From Candidatus Dechloromonas phosphoritropha (GTDB lineage: Bacteria; Pseudomonadota; Gammaproteobacteria; Burkholderiales; Rhodocyclaceae), in assembly GCA_016722705.1 (NCBI GenBank), contig JADKGN010000001.1:512744-576743 (forward strand): 64,000 nucleotides of DNA, in the 5' to 3' direction. Below, piece by piece: positions 28,816 to 39,199 of this stretch (within the stretch, counting starts at the first letter, position 1; every line of letters starts with the position of its first letter). A program made the position numbers and the translations under genes. A model generated the notes under the pieces. The model saw only the letters and a program-made list of their open reading frames with translations. It was not told where the DNA came from and ran no database searches.

Positions 28816-29180
28816 GGCTTCGGAGGGTATCTGAAAAACAGCGACGAAAAAATGGTCCTGAAACCACATCCGCACGGTTGAGGAATTGCCCGGCTATGCC
28901 GATATGTCAACGACCATGATATCCATGCACGTGCCCAACCGGGGCAGGCGTGGGCTGGTCTTGCCTGTCGACCGCATGCAGTCGTCGTTACGCAGCGTTT
29001 CAACCATTGTTCACGATGCGGCGCGCTGGGGCGCGGTAAGCAGGTTTGTCGCGGTCGTCCGTGAAAAAGGGACAAAATTGGTGGCGTGGTTGTGCTGCCG
29101 CTTTCACAATGGCGGCATGGTCGTATAACCGGATTTGCGCAGCCTTTCGTCTGCCTTGAATACACGCCAGAGAATGCCCG

Positions 29181-30158
29181 ATGAAACCGAGTGAAATCGT
29201 TGCCCAGTTGAACCGCTTCGTGATCGGCCAGAACGACGCGAAGCGGATTCTCGCCGTCGCCGTCTATGCGCATTTCCGCAAGGTGGCGATGAGCGATGTC
29301 GATCGACTGGAGATGCTGAAGAGCAACATCCTGCTGATCGGCCCGACCGGCACTGGCAAGACGCTGCTCTGCGAAACGCTGGCGCGGGTGCTCGAATTGC
29401 CTTTCGTTACCGCCGACGCGACGTCGCTGGCGCAGACCGAATATGTGAATGAGGAGCTCGATGCCATCCTGCAGCGTCTGCTCGAACGCGCCGGCGGTGA
29501 TCCCGAACGGGCCGGGCGCGGCATCGTCTTCATCGACGAGGTGGACAAGCTGAAGGCGATCAGCGGCCAGGCGCGCGCCGCTTCGGGCGAGAACGTCCAG
29601 CACGCGCTGCTCAAGATCATGGAAGGTTCCCTAATACGCCTCAAGAGCGGCCAGACGATCGATACCAAGCAGATCCTGTTCATCTGCGGCGGCGCCTTCG
29701 TCGGGCTGGAAAGCATTCTCGCCGAGACGCAGGCTTTCGGTTTCATCGCCACGGCGGCGAGCGACGACCAGAAGATGCTCGACCGCCTCAACGCCCGCGT
29801 CAAGCCGACCGATCTCTTTCGCTTCGGCCTGATCCCGGAGTTCGCCGGCCGCCTGCCGATCATCGCCCGGCTCAAGGAGTTGTCGAAGGACATGATGGTG
29901 CGCATCATGATCGAGCCGCAGCATTCGATCTACCGCCAGTTCCGCGCCATCCTGCAGAACGAGGGCGTCGAGCTGGTGATCGAGCCGGCGGTGTTCGGGC
30001 AGATCGCCGACCTCGCGCTCGAATTCAAGGTCGGCGCGCGCAGCCTGCGCGGCCTGTTCGAGGAAATGATCACGCCGGTGCTCTACGTAGTGCCGGATCG
30101 ACCCGAGGTGAAAAAGGTGGTGATCCGCTCGCTGTTCGAGGAAGCGGTCTTTTCCTGA
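29181..30158 (+). CDS. ClpX-like AAA+ ATPase lacking the zinc-binding N-domain
   Basis: VIGQNDAKRILAVAVYAHF, GPTGTGKT, IVFIDEVDK, GENVQHALLKIMEG, LIPEFAGRLP. Confidence 0.8.
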   Translation: MKPSEIVAQLNRFVIGQNDAKRILAVAVYAHFRKVAMSDVDRLEMLKSNILLIGPTGTGKTLLCETLARVLELPFVTADATSLAQTEYVNEELDAILQRLLERAGGDPERAGRGIVFIDEVDKLKAISGQARAASGENVQHALLKIMEGSLIRLKSGQTIDTKQILFICGGAFVGLESILAETQAFGFIATAASDDQKMLDRLNARVKPTDLFRFGLIPEFAGRLPIIARLKELSKDMMVRIMIEPQHSIYRQFRAILQNEGVELVIEPAVFGQIADLALEFKVGARSLRGLFEEMITPVLYVVPDRPEVKKVVIRSLFEEAVFS

Positions 30159-30168
30159 AGCGCCGCCT

Positions 30169-30699
30169 TCAGCGCATCCTGCGCTGGCGCCAGGAGCGGA
30201 TCAGCCAGAAGCGCCAGGCGGTCTTGGTCAGTACATAGCCGAGAACGGCGAGCAGCGACGCCAGCAGCACGAGGCCAATGCCGAGCGGTTTGCCGACACC
30301 GAGCATCCAGGTTTGCATGGCCTGGGTCCATTCGACGAATCGCGTCATCTCAAAGGTTGGCGGTTCAATGAAACCGTTGCTCTCGCCGATGGCGAAGCGG
30401 CCGATTTCGTAAGCCAGCATGTATAGCGGCACGATGGTGAAGGGATTGGTGTACAAGGTGACGAGCATGGCCAACGGCAGGTTGACGCGAAAGACCAGCG
30501 CGCAGATCGCCGCCCCGAGCATCTGCAGCGGCCCCGGGATCAGGCCGCAGAACATGCCCGCCGCCACCGCACCGGCCGCCGAATGGCGGTTGAGGCGCCA
30601 CAGCCGCGGGTGCAGCAGCGAATTGCGGAACGGCCGCAACCAGCGATTATCGGAAACCGCATCGTGGTTGGGCAGGTATTTTTTCAGGTGCTTGCGCAT
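30169..30699 (-). CDS. DUF2062 membrane protein
   Basis: ...LHPRLWRLNRHSAAGAVAAGMFCGLIPGPLQML... Confidence 0.7.
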   Translation of the reverse strand: MRKHLKKYLPNHDAVSDNRWLRPFRNSLLHPRLWRLNRHSAAGAVAAGMFCGLIPGPLQMLGAAICALVFRVNLPLAMLVTLYTNPFTIVPLYMLAYEIGRFAIGESNGFIEPPTFEMTRFVEWTQAMQTWMLGVGKPLGIGLVLLASLLAVLGYVLTKTAWRFWLIRSWRQRRMR

Positions 30700-30722
30700 G
30701 ATGTGACCACTATTATTGCAGG

Positions 30723-33089
30723 ATGCGCCTCAATGTTCTCGCCTTCGCCGCCGGCATCATCGCCCTGCAGATGCAGCCAGAACTGCCGCCGGTGTGGCTT
30801 TGGGCGCTGGGCGGGCTGCTGCTGGCGCTGCCGGCGCTGCGCTGGCGCAACGCGTTGGCAGCTCGCGGGCTGCTGCTGGTGGCCTGTTTCGCCCTCGGTT
30901 TTGCGTGGGCCGGGTGGCGTGCCGAGCTGCGGCTGGCTGAGGAACTGCCAGGCGCATGGGAAGGGCGCGATGTCGAGATTATCGGCGTCGTCGCGAGTTT
31001 GCCGCAGGATTTCAGTCAGGGCAGCCGCTTCGAATTTGACGTGGAAAGGTGGTTGACCGCGCCCGACAGGATGTACCCTTGGGGTACGGAAGCCGTCGTT
31101 CCCCAGCGGATCATGCTGTCGTGGTATCAGGGGCGACGCGACGGCGAAGCCTTCGAACGCCCGCCGCTACGCCCCGGCGAACGCTGGCAACTGACGGTGC
31201 GCCTCAAGCGGCCGCACGGCAACGCCAATCCTAACGGCTTCGACTATGAAGCTTGGCTGCTCGAACGCGACATTCGGGCCACCGGCTACGTGCGCCAGAA
31301 CCCGGCGCAGCGCCTGGACGAGATGGTCTGGCGGCCATCCTATATCGTCGAACGCCTGCGCCATCAGGTGCGCGCCTCGTTTGCGGCGATGCTGCCGGCC
31401 GATCGCTACCCGTGGGCCGGTATCCTGGTGGCGCTGGTGGTTGGCGATCAGAAGGCGATCCAGGGCGACCTGTGGACGACCTTCAATCGCACCGGAACGA
31501 CGCATCTGATGTCGATATCTGGGCTTCATGTGACGATGGTCGCCGCCTTGTTCGGGCTGCTGATTGGCGCGCTGTGGCGGCGCGTGCCGGCGTTCGCCCT
31601 GCGTCTGCCGGCGCAGCGGGCAGCGGTGCTGGCCGGTTGTCTGGCGGCTTTCTTCTACGTTCTACTCGCCGGTTTCGCGGTGCCGGCGCAGCGCACGCTA
31701 TACATGCTGCTGGTTGCCGCGCTGGCGCAGAGTTCGGGGCGCATCGTCGCGCCCAGCCGCACACTCGCCCTGGCGCTGCTGGTGGTCCTGCTGATCGACC
31801 CGTGGGCGGTGCTGGCAGCCGGATTCTGGCTGTCGTTCGGCGCGGTCGGCGCACTGCTTTATGTCGGCGCGGCGGTGGTCGGCGAAGCTGGGAGGGGTGG
31901 CAATGGCGGCGGCTGGCACGAAAAACTCCGCGCCTGGGGCGTCGTCCAATGGACGGCAACGCTCGCTTCGCTGCCGGTGCTGCTGCTCGTCTTCCAGCAA
32001 TTTTCGCTGGTTTCGCCGCTGGCCAACGCGCTGGCGATTCCGGTGGTCAGCTTCATCGTCACGCCGCTGGCGCTACTCGCCGCCGTCATTCCGTGGTGGC
32101 CGATCGCCGCGCTGGCGCATACGGTGCTCGGCTGGTTGATGGTTTTCCTCGAATGGTGCGCAGCTTGGCCAGTCTGGCTGGCGCCGGCACCGCCGCTGTG
32201 GGCGGCAATCATCGCCGGATTGGGTGTGGCGATCTGCCTGCTGCCGCGCGGCATGCCGGGGCGTCTGCTCGGCGTGGCACTGCTGCTGCCGGCCATTTTC
32301 TGGCCAGTCGAGCGGCCACCCGAAGGCGAAGCCTGGGTAACGGTGCTCGATGTCGGGCAGGGCCTGGCGGCCGTGGTGCGGACCCGTGATCACACGCTGC
32401 TCTATGATCCGGGGCCGCTCTACAGCGCCGAATCGGATGCTGGGCAACGTGTGGTCGTGCCCTACCTGCGGGCGCTCGGCATCAACAAGGTGGACGTCCT
32501 GATGGTGACGCATCGCGACAGCGACCATGCCGGTGGCACGGGATCGGTCAAGGCGGCACTGGCGGTCGGCAAGGTGGTTTCGTCGCTCACCGAGATCGAT
32601 GGCGAATTGTGCAGCAATGGCCAGCACTGGGACTGGAACGGCGTGCAATTGACCGTGCTGCACCCGGAAATGGACGATTATGTTGAGAAGCGCAAGAGCA
32701 ACAACCTGTCGTGCGTGCTGCGCATCGACGCTGGCGGCAAGCGCATGCTGCTGACTTCCGACATCGAGGCGCGCGACGAGGTTGCCCTGCTGCAGCGCGA
32801 TCCGGTGGCGCTGAAGGCCGACGTGCTGCTGATGCCGCACCACGGCAGCCGCACCTCGTCGACGCCGGCCTTCATCGCCGCTGTCGGCGCGCCGGAAGTG
32901 GTGATTCCGGTAGGCTACCGCAACCGCTTTCGTCACCCCAAGGCTGACGTGGTCGAACGTTACGCAGTAACCGGCGCGAATCTGTGGCGTACAGACCGCG
33001 ACGGGGCGCTGCGGGTTTCATTGAGCGAAGGCGGCGCCACACTCGGCGCGTGGCGCACCGAACATCGCCGCTACTGGCATGGTCGGTGA
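30723..33089 (+). CDS. comEC: DNA internalization competence protein ComEC/Rec2
   Basis: 788 aa. Competence-domain TM core (...FNRTGTTHLMSISGLHV) plus a metallo-beta-lactamase C-domain (HRDSDHAGG). Confidence 0.9.
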   Translation: MRLNVLAFAAGIIALQMQPELPPVWLWALGGLLLALPALRWRNALAARGLLLVACFALGFAWAGWRAELRLAEELPGAWEGRDVEIIGVVASLPQDFSQGSRFEFDVERWLTAPDRMYPWGTEAVVPQRIMLSWYQGRRDGEAFERPPLRPGERWQLTVRLKRPHGNANPNGFDYEAWLLERDIRATGYVRQNPAQRLDEMVWRPSYIVERLRHQVRASFAAMLPADRYPWAGILVALVVGDQKAIQGDLWTTFNRTGTTHLMSISGLHVTMVAALFGLLIGALWRRVPAFALRLPAQRAAVLAGCLAAFFYVLLAGFAVPAQRTLYMLLVAALAQSSGRIVAPSRTLALALLVVLLIDPWAVLAAGFWLSFGAVGALLYVGAAVVGEAGRGGNGGGWHEKLRAWGVVQWTATLASLPVLLLVFQQFSLVSPLANALAIPVVSFIVTPLALLAAVIPWWPIAALAHTVLGWLMVFLEWCAAWPVWLAPAPPLWAAIIAGLGVAICLLPRGMPGRLLGVALLLPAIFWPVERPPEGEAWVTVLDVGQGLAAVVRTRDHTLLYDPGPLYSAESDAGQRVVVPYLRALGINKVDVLMVTHRDSDHAGGTGSVKAALAVGKVVSSLTEIDGELCSNGQHWDWNGVQLTVLHPEMDDYVEKRKSNNLSCVLRIDAGGKRMLLTSDIEARDEVALLQRDPVALKADVLLMPHHGSRTSSTPAFIAAVGAPEVVIPVGYRNRFRHPKADVVERYAVTGANLWRTDRDGALRVSLSEGGATLGAWRTEHRRYWHGR

Positions 33090-33157
33090 TACATTTCTGG
33101 TACGGGAGGCTATATGCAATTCAGAAAACAATGTGTGCATTGCGTAAGTGATCGCAT

Positions 33158-34081
33158 ATGACACTCCGCCATTTTCTGGCAATACTGCTCTGCTGCACGA
33201 TGGGCTTCTCCAGTCTGGCCGCGCCTGTCGAAAACAGGTTTTTCACCAATCGTGATGGTCTGCGCCTGCATTACCTCGAAGCCGGCCACGGCCAGAACGC
33301 CATTGTTCTCATCCCGGGTTGGTTGATGCCGGCAGCGGTGTTCCGTCTTCAGCTCGAAGCGCTGGGCGAGCACTTCCGCGTACTGGCTTTCGATCCGCGC
33401 TCGCAGGGGCAATCGGAAATCTCGAGCGAACCCCACGATCCGGCGCGGCGCATGGCCGACATCGAGGATTTCCTGCACGCTGCCGGTGTCGGTGACTACG
33501 TTCTCGCCGGCTGGTCGCTCGGCGTGCTGGAATCGCTGGATTTTATCGAACGCAAACCACAACCGGGTCTGCGTGGCCTGATCCTGATCGACAATTCAAT
33601 CGGTGAGGGCACGGCGCCCAAGCCAGCCACACGCAGATCGAAACGTAGCAGCGCCAACCCCAGGGAACGCGAGCAATACCTGCGCGATTTCTGCCGCGGC
33701 ATTTTCCAGACACCACCGCCTCACGACATTGGCGAGGCCGTGCTGCAGTCAGCGCTGCGGGTGCCTGCAAGCGCGGCCAATCAGATGATCGCCCAGCCCT
33801 ATCCGCGCACCTACTGGCGGGAGATTGTGGCAAGGCAGCAAATACCGGTGCTCTATGCCATTCGCCCGCGCTTGCGCGAACAGGGGGATGCGCTGCTCGC
33901 GCGCAAGGGCGCGCAACTGGCGCAGGTGGAAGTCTTCGAGGATGCGGGCCACGCGCTCTTCGTTGACGCGGCGCCGCGCTTCAATGCGCTGACCGTCGAC
34001 TTTGCCCGCCGTGCCTTTATTTTTCCAGCGGACGCCGCACGACCTGCAGCGAACGGGCATCAGCCTTCTTCAGGTAACTGA
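33158..34081 (+). CDS. Secreted alpha/beta hydrolase
   Basis: Signal peptide. LIPGW...GWSLG nucleophile elbow. Confidence 0.75.
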   Translation: MTLRHFLAILLCCTMGFSSLAAPVENRFFTNRDGLRLHYLEAGHGQNAIVLIPGWLMPAAVFRLQLEALGEHFRVLAFDPRSQGQSEISSEPHDPARRMADIEDFLHAAGVGDYVLAGWSLGVLESLDFIERKPQPGLRGLILIDNSIGEGTAPKPATRRSKRSSANPREREQYLRDFCRGIFQTPPPHDIGEAVLQSALRVPASAANQMIAQPYPRTYWREIVARQQIPVLYAIRPRLREQGDALLARKGAQLAQVEVFEDAGHALFVDAAPRFNALTVDFARRAFIFPADAARPAANGHQPSSGN

Positions 34082-35093
34082 AGGCGAACGGCAGTTCGCG
34101 CGGCGAACTTTCGGCCCGGTAGGCCGCTGCCAGCGCGGGCTGTGAGGTCGTCGTGAAAAGCCGGTGGGCCTGGCTGAACTTGCCATATAGACGCACCGGC
34201 CCAATCTTGCTCAGATCCTTGTAATCGAGTCCGGTTTCGTCCTGCACGACGATTGGGGCGCCGGCTACCAGCGCGTCGCGCAGGACGGTAAAATTGGGTT
34301 GCTGCAGCAAGTGCGAAGCAGCCTTGAGCAGGGTCGGTTGTGTCGCCATGCCCATGATCCACGCCAATTTCGGTTCCGCTGCTTTCAAGGCGCTATCCGA
34401 AAGATCCAGACTCACATAGTCCAGCGTTACCCTGCGCCCCTCCTTGCTCAGGGACAGGCGCACCGAGCCCGACCTGGTCTCGCCACTCGCGGCTTCCCAT
34501 TCGCCCTTGACGGCATTGAAACTGAGTGGTGTTACGCCGGTGACCTCATAACCCAGCCGTGTGGCAAAAGCCATCAGGATGGTTGTCGTACCGATGCCGT
34601 TGGTACCGTCACGCTGATCGTCGTCGAGATCGAGAGTCCGGAAATAGCCGAGCTTGCCAAATTTCTCCCAGGCACTGCCGAGCTTCTTCTCCAAGGTCGC
34701 ACGCTGCGCGGCGTTCATGTTTTCGAGTTGCGCCGGCTGCCGTGCTCTCTGGATCGCCACCAGCACGTAACGTTCGGCTTTCGGATAGACGCGCTCGAGA
34801 GTTACGAAATCCGGGCCGGAAAAAGGGTAAAACACAGTACCGCGGCCCCAATAGGCCACTTCACGCTTACTCCAGGCCGCCAACGGCTGGCCGACCTGTT
34901 TGTCGTAGTTCGCCCAGGCCTGGTCGGCCCGTCGCTGGAAAGCCTTGTGTTCGGCATCCGTGGCCGGTGCATCGAGCCCGGTAAAAAAGAGCGCCGCCTG
35001 CTGGGGAGTCATTTCCACGGCGGCAGCAGGGACCACAACGGAAGCCAGTGACAGCGCGCAAATCACTACATTGCGAGTCAGGTTGTGCAACAC
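34017..35093 (-). CDS. Hypothetical secreted protein
   Basis: 358-aa ORF with a signal peptide. No family recognised. Confidence 0.5.
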   Translation of the reverse strand: MLHNLTRNVVICALSLASVVVPAAAVEMTPQQAALFFTGLDAPATDAEHKAFQRRADQAWANYDKQVGQPLAAWSKREVAYWGRGTVFYPFSGPDFVTLERVYPKAERYVLVAIQRARQPAQLENMNAAQRATLEKKLGSAWEKFGKLGYFRTLDLDDDQRDGTNGIGTTTILMAFATRLGYEVTGVTPLSFNAVKGEWEAASGETRSGSVRLSLSKEGRRVTLDYVSLDLSDSALKAAEPKLAWIMGMATQPTLLKAASHLLQQPNFTVLRDALVAGAPIVVQDETGLDYKDLSKIGPVRLYGKFSQAHRLFTTTSQPALAAAYRAESSPRELPFAFSYLKKADARSLQVVRRPLEK

Positions 35094-35117
35094 GTTGCGT
35101 TTTCCGAAAAAATGAAT

Positions 35118-36404
35118 TCAGGGGAAGCGACGCATGCCGACGCGCGCCACGAAGAACAGTCCGACCAGCGCCAGCGCGATGCCGACCTCCTGCGGACTCT
35201 GCACCGCGCCCAGGACCAGGACCACTGTCGACACCCCGACGAACAGCGGGGCAAAGACATAGCGCACCAGCATCAGCGGCCGGCCCTCGAGATCGCAGCT
35301 ACGACGGTACAAACCCAGAACGCAGAGGATCGGGAAAAGGCCCAGCAGGAAACCCATGACGGTAAGTATCTGCACGAACGAGCCAGTCAGCACCATGGCG
35401 ATGGACAGTCCCGCCTGCAGCCAGACCAGACGCGGCGTCACTACCGCCGCCGTCCCCTCTTCGTCGCCGGCCTTGCCGAACCAGCCGAGCATGGTAGCGA
35501 GCACGCGCGGCCCGAGAAAAGCCGATACTCCGAGGGACGACAGCAGGGCAAAGGCCACCAGCCCGGAGAACACCGCCGAAGCCTGGGCGCCAAAGAGATG
35601 CTTGACCAGCACCGCGATGACCGGGCCGACGCCATCGAGTTCCCGGGCCGACAGGTGTGTCAGCAGCACCGCATTGATCGCCACGTACAGCAGCATGATG
35701 ATGGTCGTACCCACCATCATGGCGCGGCGCACGTTGCGCGCCGGGTCGTGGATCTCGCCGGCGACATAGATCGCCGCGTTCCAGCCGCTGTACGCAAACA
35801 TGACCAGCATCATGGCGAGACCCCAGGGGGCGCCAAACTCTGTCGCCTGACTAACCTGCACGGATTCGGCGGGCTGGTTCGCGACGGTCGGCGCCACAAG
35901 GAAGATGCCGTAAAGGGTCAACCCCGCCAGCAGGGAAAACTTGACGGCGGCCAGGAGGGTCTGGACGCGCAAGGCCGTCGGCCCGAGCAGGCCATGCAGC
36001 CCGGTCACCAGCAGCAAGGCCATGCATGCCACAAGGTCCGGACGCAGGCTCACGCCCGGCAAGGCCTCGCCAAGATAGGCCGCCAAGGCCAGCGAAGAAG
36101 CCGCATTCCCCGCCGCAAAGGCAACCACGAAAGAGGTCCAGCCAGCGACCTCGCCCAGGGTCGGTGAGAAAAGTTCGCGCAGGATTGTGGCTTCGCCGCC
36201 ATTGCGTGGCATGCTGCGCGCCAGTTCGCCATAGCACCAGGCGCCGATCCAGGCGAGGATGCCGCCGGCCACCCAGACCCCGAGCACCGCCCACGGCGCC
36301 TTGAGCAGCGACAACATGATCCCGGTGGTGGTCAGAATACCCGTGCCAAGCATGCTGGCGACGATCAGGAAGGTAGCGGAAAAGGTATTCAGTTGTTTGC
36401 GCAT
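35118..36404 (-). CDS. APC-family amino acid permease
   Basis: MRKQLNTFSATFLIVASMLGTGI... 12-TM pattern. The upstream part of the track ORF is rejected. Confidence 0.8.
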   Translation of the reverse strand: MRKQLNTFSATFLIVASMLGTGILTTTGIMLSLLKAPWAVLGVWVAGGILAWIGAWCYGELARSMPRNGGEATILRELFSPTLGEVAGWTSFVVAFAAGNAASSLALAAYLGEALPGVSLRPDLVACMALLLVTGLHGLLGPTALRVQTLLAAVKFSLLAGLTLYGIFLVAPTVANQPAESVQVSQATEFGAPWGLAMMLVMFAYSGWNAAIYVAGEIHDPARNVRRAMMVGTTIIMLLYVAINAVLLTHLSARELDGVGPVIAVLVKHLFGAQASAVFSGLVAFALLSSLGVSAFLGPRVLATMLGWFGKAGDEEGTAAVVTPRLVWLQAGLSIAMVLTGSFVQILTVMGFLLGLFPILCVLGLYRRSCDLEGRPLMLVRYVFAPLFVGVSTVVLVLGAVQSPQEVGIALALVGLFFVARVGMRRFP

Positions 36405-36678
36405 CAACGGTGACCCTTGCCTGACACGTCGCACATTCCCATGCCAGCCCCAAAGCAAAAAATCGGTGCGCAACATTAGCATGTGGAAACACCGGGATCG
36501 CCGGGCCAGCGGCGATTCAGGCGGTTTTTCTCCGCCTGTTGTGGTGTTTTGACACATACATGCCCGGCCGGGCGAAAAACTGCTGTTTCCGCGCGGCAAA
36601 ATGACATGGGAAAGCGGCATCCGCACACTGCCACTAGCGGCACAACCGGTGATACATTCGGGGTTCAGGAGGGAAGAC

Positions 36679-37530
36679 ATGCAATTCAGACAACACAGCG
36701 TTCAATGCGTCAGCCCATCGGGGCTGCACCAAATGGCCTATGTCGAATGGGGTGCCCGCGACAATCCGCGGGTTCTTGTCTGCGTCCATGGACTGACGCG
36801 CAACGGGCGGGATTTCGACGCGCTGGCACAGGCGTTGGCGGCGGATTACCGGGTGATCTGTCCCGATGTGGTGGGGCGCGGCCGGAGCAGCAGGCTGCGC
36901 GACCCTTCCGGGTACGGCATTGCGCAGTACGTCGGCGACATGGTGACGCTGATCGCCCGACTCGACGTCGACAGCGTGCATTGGGTCGGCACCTCGATGG
37001 GCGGGATGATCGGCATGGCGCTGGCCAGCCTGGACGACACGCCGGTCCGTGGGCTGCTGCTCAACGATGTTGGCCCGGTCATCACCAGCGAATCGCTGCA
37101 GCGCATCGCCACCTATGTCGGCACCGATCCGACCTGGGAGAACCGGGACGAGGCGATGGCCTACATCAAGATCATCAGCGCGCCGTTCGGCCAGCTCGAC
37201 GAGGCGCAGTGGCGGCATCTGACCGAATACAGCGTCGGGCAGCGTCCCGACGGGCGCTGGGGATTCGTTTACGATCCGCTGATCGCCGCGCCGTTCAAGG
37301 CCGCCTTTTCCGGTGAGCCGATCGACCTCTGGCCAATCTACGATCGGATTCGTTGTCCGACGCTTGTCGTGCGCGGCGCCGAATCCGACCTGCTGACGGG
37401 TGAGATCTGGCAACAGATGGGCGAGCGCGGTCCACGGGCAAAACTGGCCGAAATACCCGGCGTCGGCCACGCGCCGATGTTCCTGAGCGATGACCAGATC
37501 GCGATTGCGCGGGACTTCCTGGCACCGTGA
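36679..37530 (+). CDS. Alpha/beta hydrolase
   Basis: VCVHGLTRNGRDFD...GTSMGG. AGGAGGG RBS. Confidence 0.8.
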   Translation: MQFRQHSVQCVSPSGLHQMAYVEWGARDNPRVLVCVHGLTRNGRDFDALAQALAADYRVICPDVVGRGRSSRLRDPSGYGIAQYVGDMVTLIARLDVDSVHWVGTSMGGMIGMALASLDDTPVRGLLLNDVGPVITSESLQRIATYVGTDPTWENRDEAMAYIKIISAPFGQLDEAQWRHLTEYSVGQRPDGRWGFVYDPLIAAPFKAAFSGEPIDLWPIYDRIRCPTLVVRGAESDLLTGEIWQQMGERGPRAKLAEIPGVGHAPMFLSDDQIAIARDFLAP

Positions 37531-38315
37531 AGCATCTCGTCATTACCGGCATGCGCCTTGAATACGTCGATCATCCGGCGCGTACGGTGGGCTTGCCGAC
37601 CATCCTGATGCTGCATGAGGGGCTTGGCTGCGTCGCCATGTGGCGGCACTTTCCGCAGCAGGTCGCGATGATCACCGGCTGTCGCGTGATTGCCTGGTCG
37701 CGTGCCGGCTACGGCCACTCGCAGCCTTACGCGGAAGCACGCACGGCGCGCTACATGCACCGCGAGGCGCTGGAGCAACTGCCGGCGTTGCTCGCCGAAC
37801 TGCAGGTCACACGCCCGCTGCTGTTCGGCCACAGCGATGGTGCCAGCATCGCGCTGATCTTCGCCGGCGCCTTCCCGGACGTGCCGCTGGGTGTGATCGC
37901 CATGGCCCCGCACGAATTCGTCGAGGACAAGACACTGACCGGCATTACAGCCGCCAAAGCGGCGTGGACCACAACGGATCTGCCACACAAGCTGGCCCGC
38001 CATCACGCCGACGCGCCGCGCGTCTTCGCCAAGTGGAACGATTGCTGGCTGGCGCCGGATTTCGCCGCATGGAACATCGAGGAATACCTGCCGGTGATCC
38101 GCTGCCCGGTGCTGGCGATCCAGGGCGAGGATGACGAGTACGCGACAATGCGCCAGATCGACGTCATCGCCGAACAGGTGCCCGATACCATGCTGCTGAA
38201 GCTCTCCGAGTGCGGCCATTCGCCACATCGCGATCAGCCGGAGGTGGTGCTGTGGGCGGTTGATACCTTTGTCAAACGGATGACGGGCCGAACAGCAGGC
38301 CAGCCGGAGGGCTGA
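37527..38315 (+). CDS. Alpha/beta hydrolase
   Basis: LMLHEGLG...GHSDGA...CGHSPH. GTGA overlap with the previous gene. Confidence 0.8.
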   Translation: MKHLVITGMRLEYVDHPARTVGLPTILMLHEGLGCVAMWRHFPQQVAMITGCRVIAWSRAGYGHSQPYAEARTARYMHREALEQLPALLAELQVTRPLLFGHSDGASIALIFAGAFPDVPLGVIAMAPHEFVEDKTLTGITAAKAAWTTTDLPHKLARHHADAPRVFAKWNDCWLAPDFAAWNIEEYLPVIRCPVLAIQGEDDEYATMRQIDVIAEQVPDTMLLKLSECGHSPHRDQPEVVLWAVDTFVKRMTGRTAGQPEG

Positions 38316-38502
38316 GGGAATTCCTGAACGCTGCTTGGCGAAGGGAATGGCGGGCGACTGCCGATAGTTCAATTTTGGTCGGTACTGGATATGGACACCG
38401 TAAAGAGGGAAGAATAACCGCGCCACGCAAATCGATCCGGTGCGTGCTGCCGGATCGTATGGACCAGACCTGTTCCGCCCATTCGAGTAGTCGGTGAAAT
38501 TT

Positions 38503-38519
38503 TGATTGCATTGCAATCA
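38503..38519. promoter_or_regulatory. Perfect 17-bp palindrome, candidate VapB operator
   Basis: TGATTGCATTGCAATCA lies about 45 bp upstream of the vapB GTG. Confidence 0.4.
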
Positions 38520-38565
38520 TAATTTCGATAAGCTGCTATCAATGATTACGACCAAGGAGATTAAA

Positions 38566-38778
38566 GTGGCTACCAATCTTGTAGTTCGCAATGTCGACGA
38601 AGATGTTGCCCTGGCTCTGAAGCAAATGGCAGCAGCTCACGGAAGAAGCGCAGAGGCGGAACACCGTGAGATTCTGAGAACCGTTCTCCAGCGACCAAAA
38701 CGGCGTTCTGTAGCCGAGGTTCTGGCGAGCATGCCGAACGTCGGTGAAGACGCAGACTTCAATTTCCGCAATGGCTAG
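38566..38778 (+). CDS. vapB: RHH antitoxin (VapB/FitA-like)
   Basis: VATNLVVRNVDEDVALALKQMAAAHGRSAEAEHREIL. AAGGAG RBS. Confidence 0.75.
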   Translation: MATNLVVRNVDEDVALALKQMAAAHGRSAEAEHREILRTVLQRPKRRSVAEVLASMPNVGEDADFNFRNG

Positions 38779-38786
38779 GAGTCCGT

Positions 38787-39197
38787 ATGTACTTGGTCGA
38801 CACCAATGTCATCAGCGAGGCGCGAAAGGGAAAGAAGGCAAATCCTGGTGTCCAGAAATTCTTTCAAACAACCGACGCCAATAGTCTTTATCTCTCAGCA
38901 CAAACAATCGGGGAAATTCGGCGCGGACTAGAGAATATCCAGCGTCGCGGCGATCTGCCTCAAGCCAAAAAACTCGAGAAATGGCTCGTACTGGTCGTGG
39001 CTGACTACGCCGACAGGATATTGAGTTTCGATGAGGCATGTGCCCAAGTGTGGGGACGATTGATGTCGCCACACCATGAACATCTGATTGACAAGCAGAT
39101 TGCCGCGATTGCATTGATTAACAATGTAATTGTGGCAACCCGCAACGTTGATGATTTTCGAGGCATAGGGGTGGAGATTATGAATCCCTTTGTCTAA
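38787..39197 (+). CDS. vapC: PIN-domain toxin VapC/FitB-like
   Basis: MYLVDTNVISE...TIGEIRRG...ATRNVDDF. Confidence 0.85.
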   Translation: MYLVDTNVISEARKGKKANPGVQKFFQTTDANSLYLSAQTIGEIRRGLENIQRRGDLPQAKKLEKWLVLVVADYADRILSFDEACAQVWGRLMSPHHEHLIDKQIAAIALINNVIVATRNVDDFRGIGVEIMNPFV

Positions 39198-39199
39198 TT

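Noticed and set aside
28812-29603. 263-aa minus-strand ORF upstream of the ABC gene as a cluster regulator.
   Set aside because: It is antisense to the well-supported ClpX-like gene and has a low-complexity composition.
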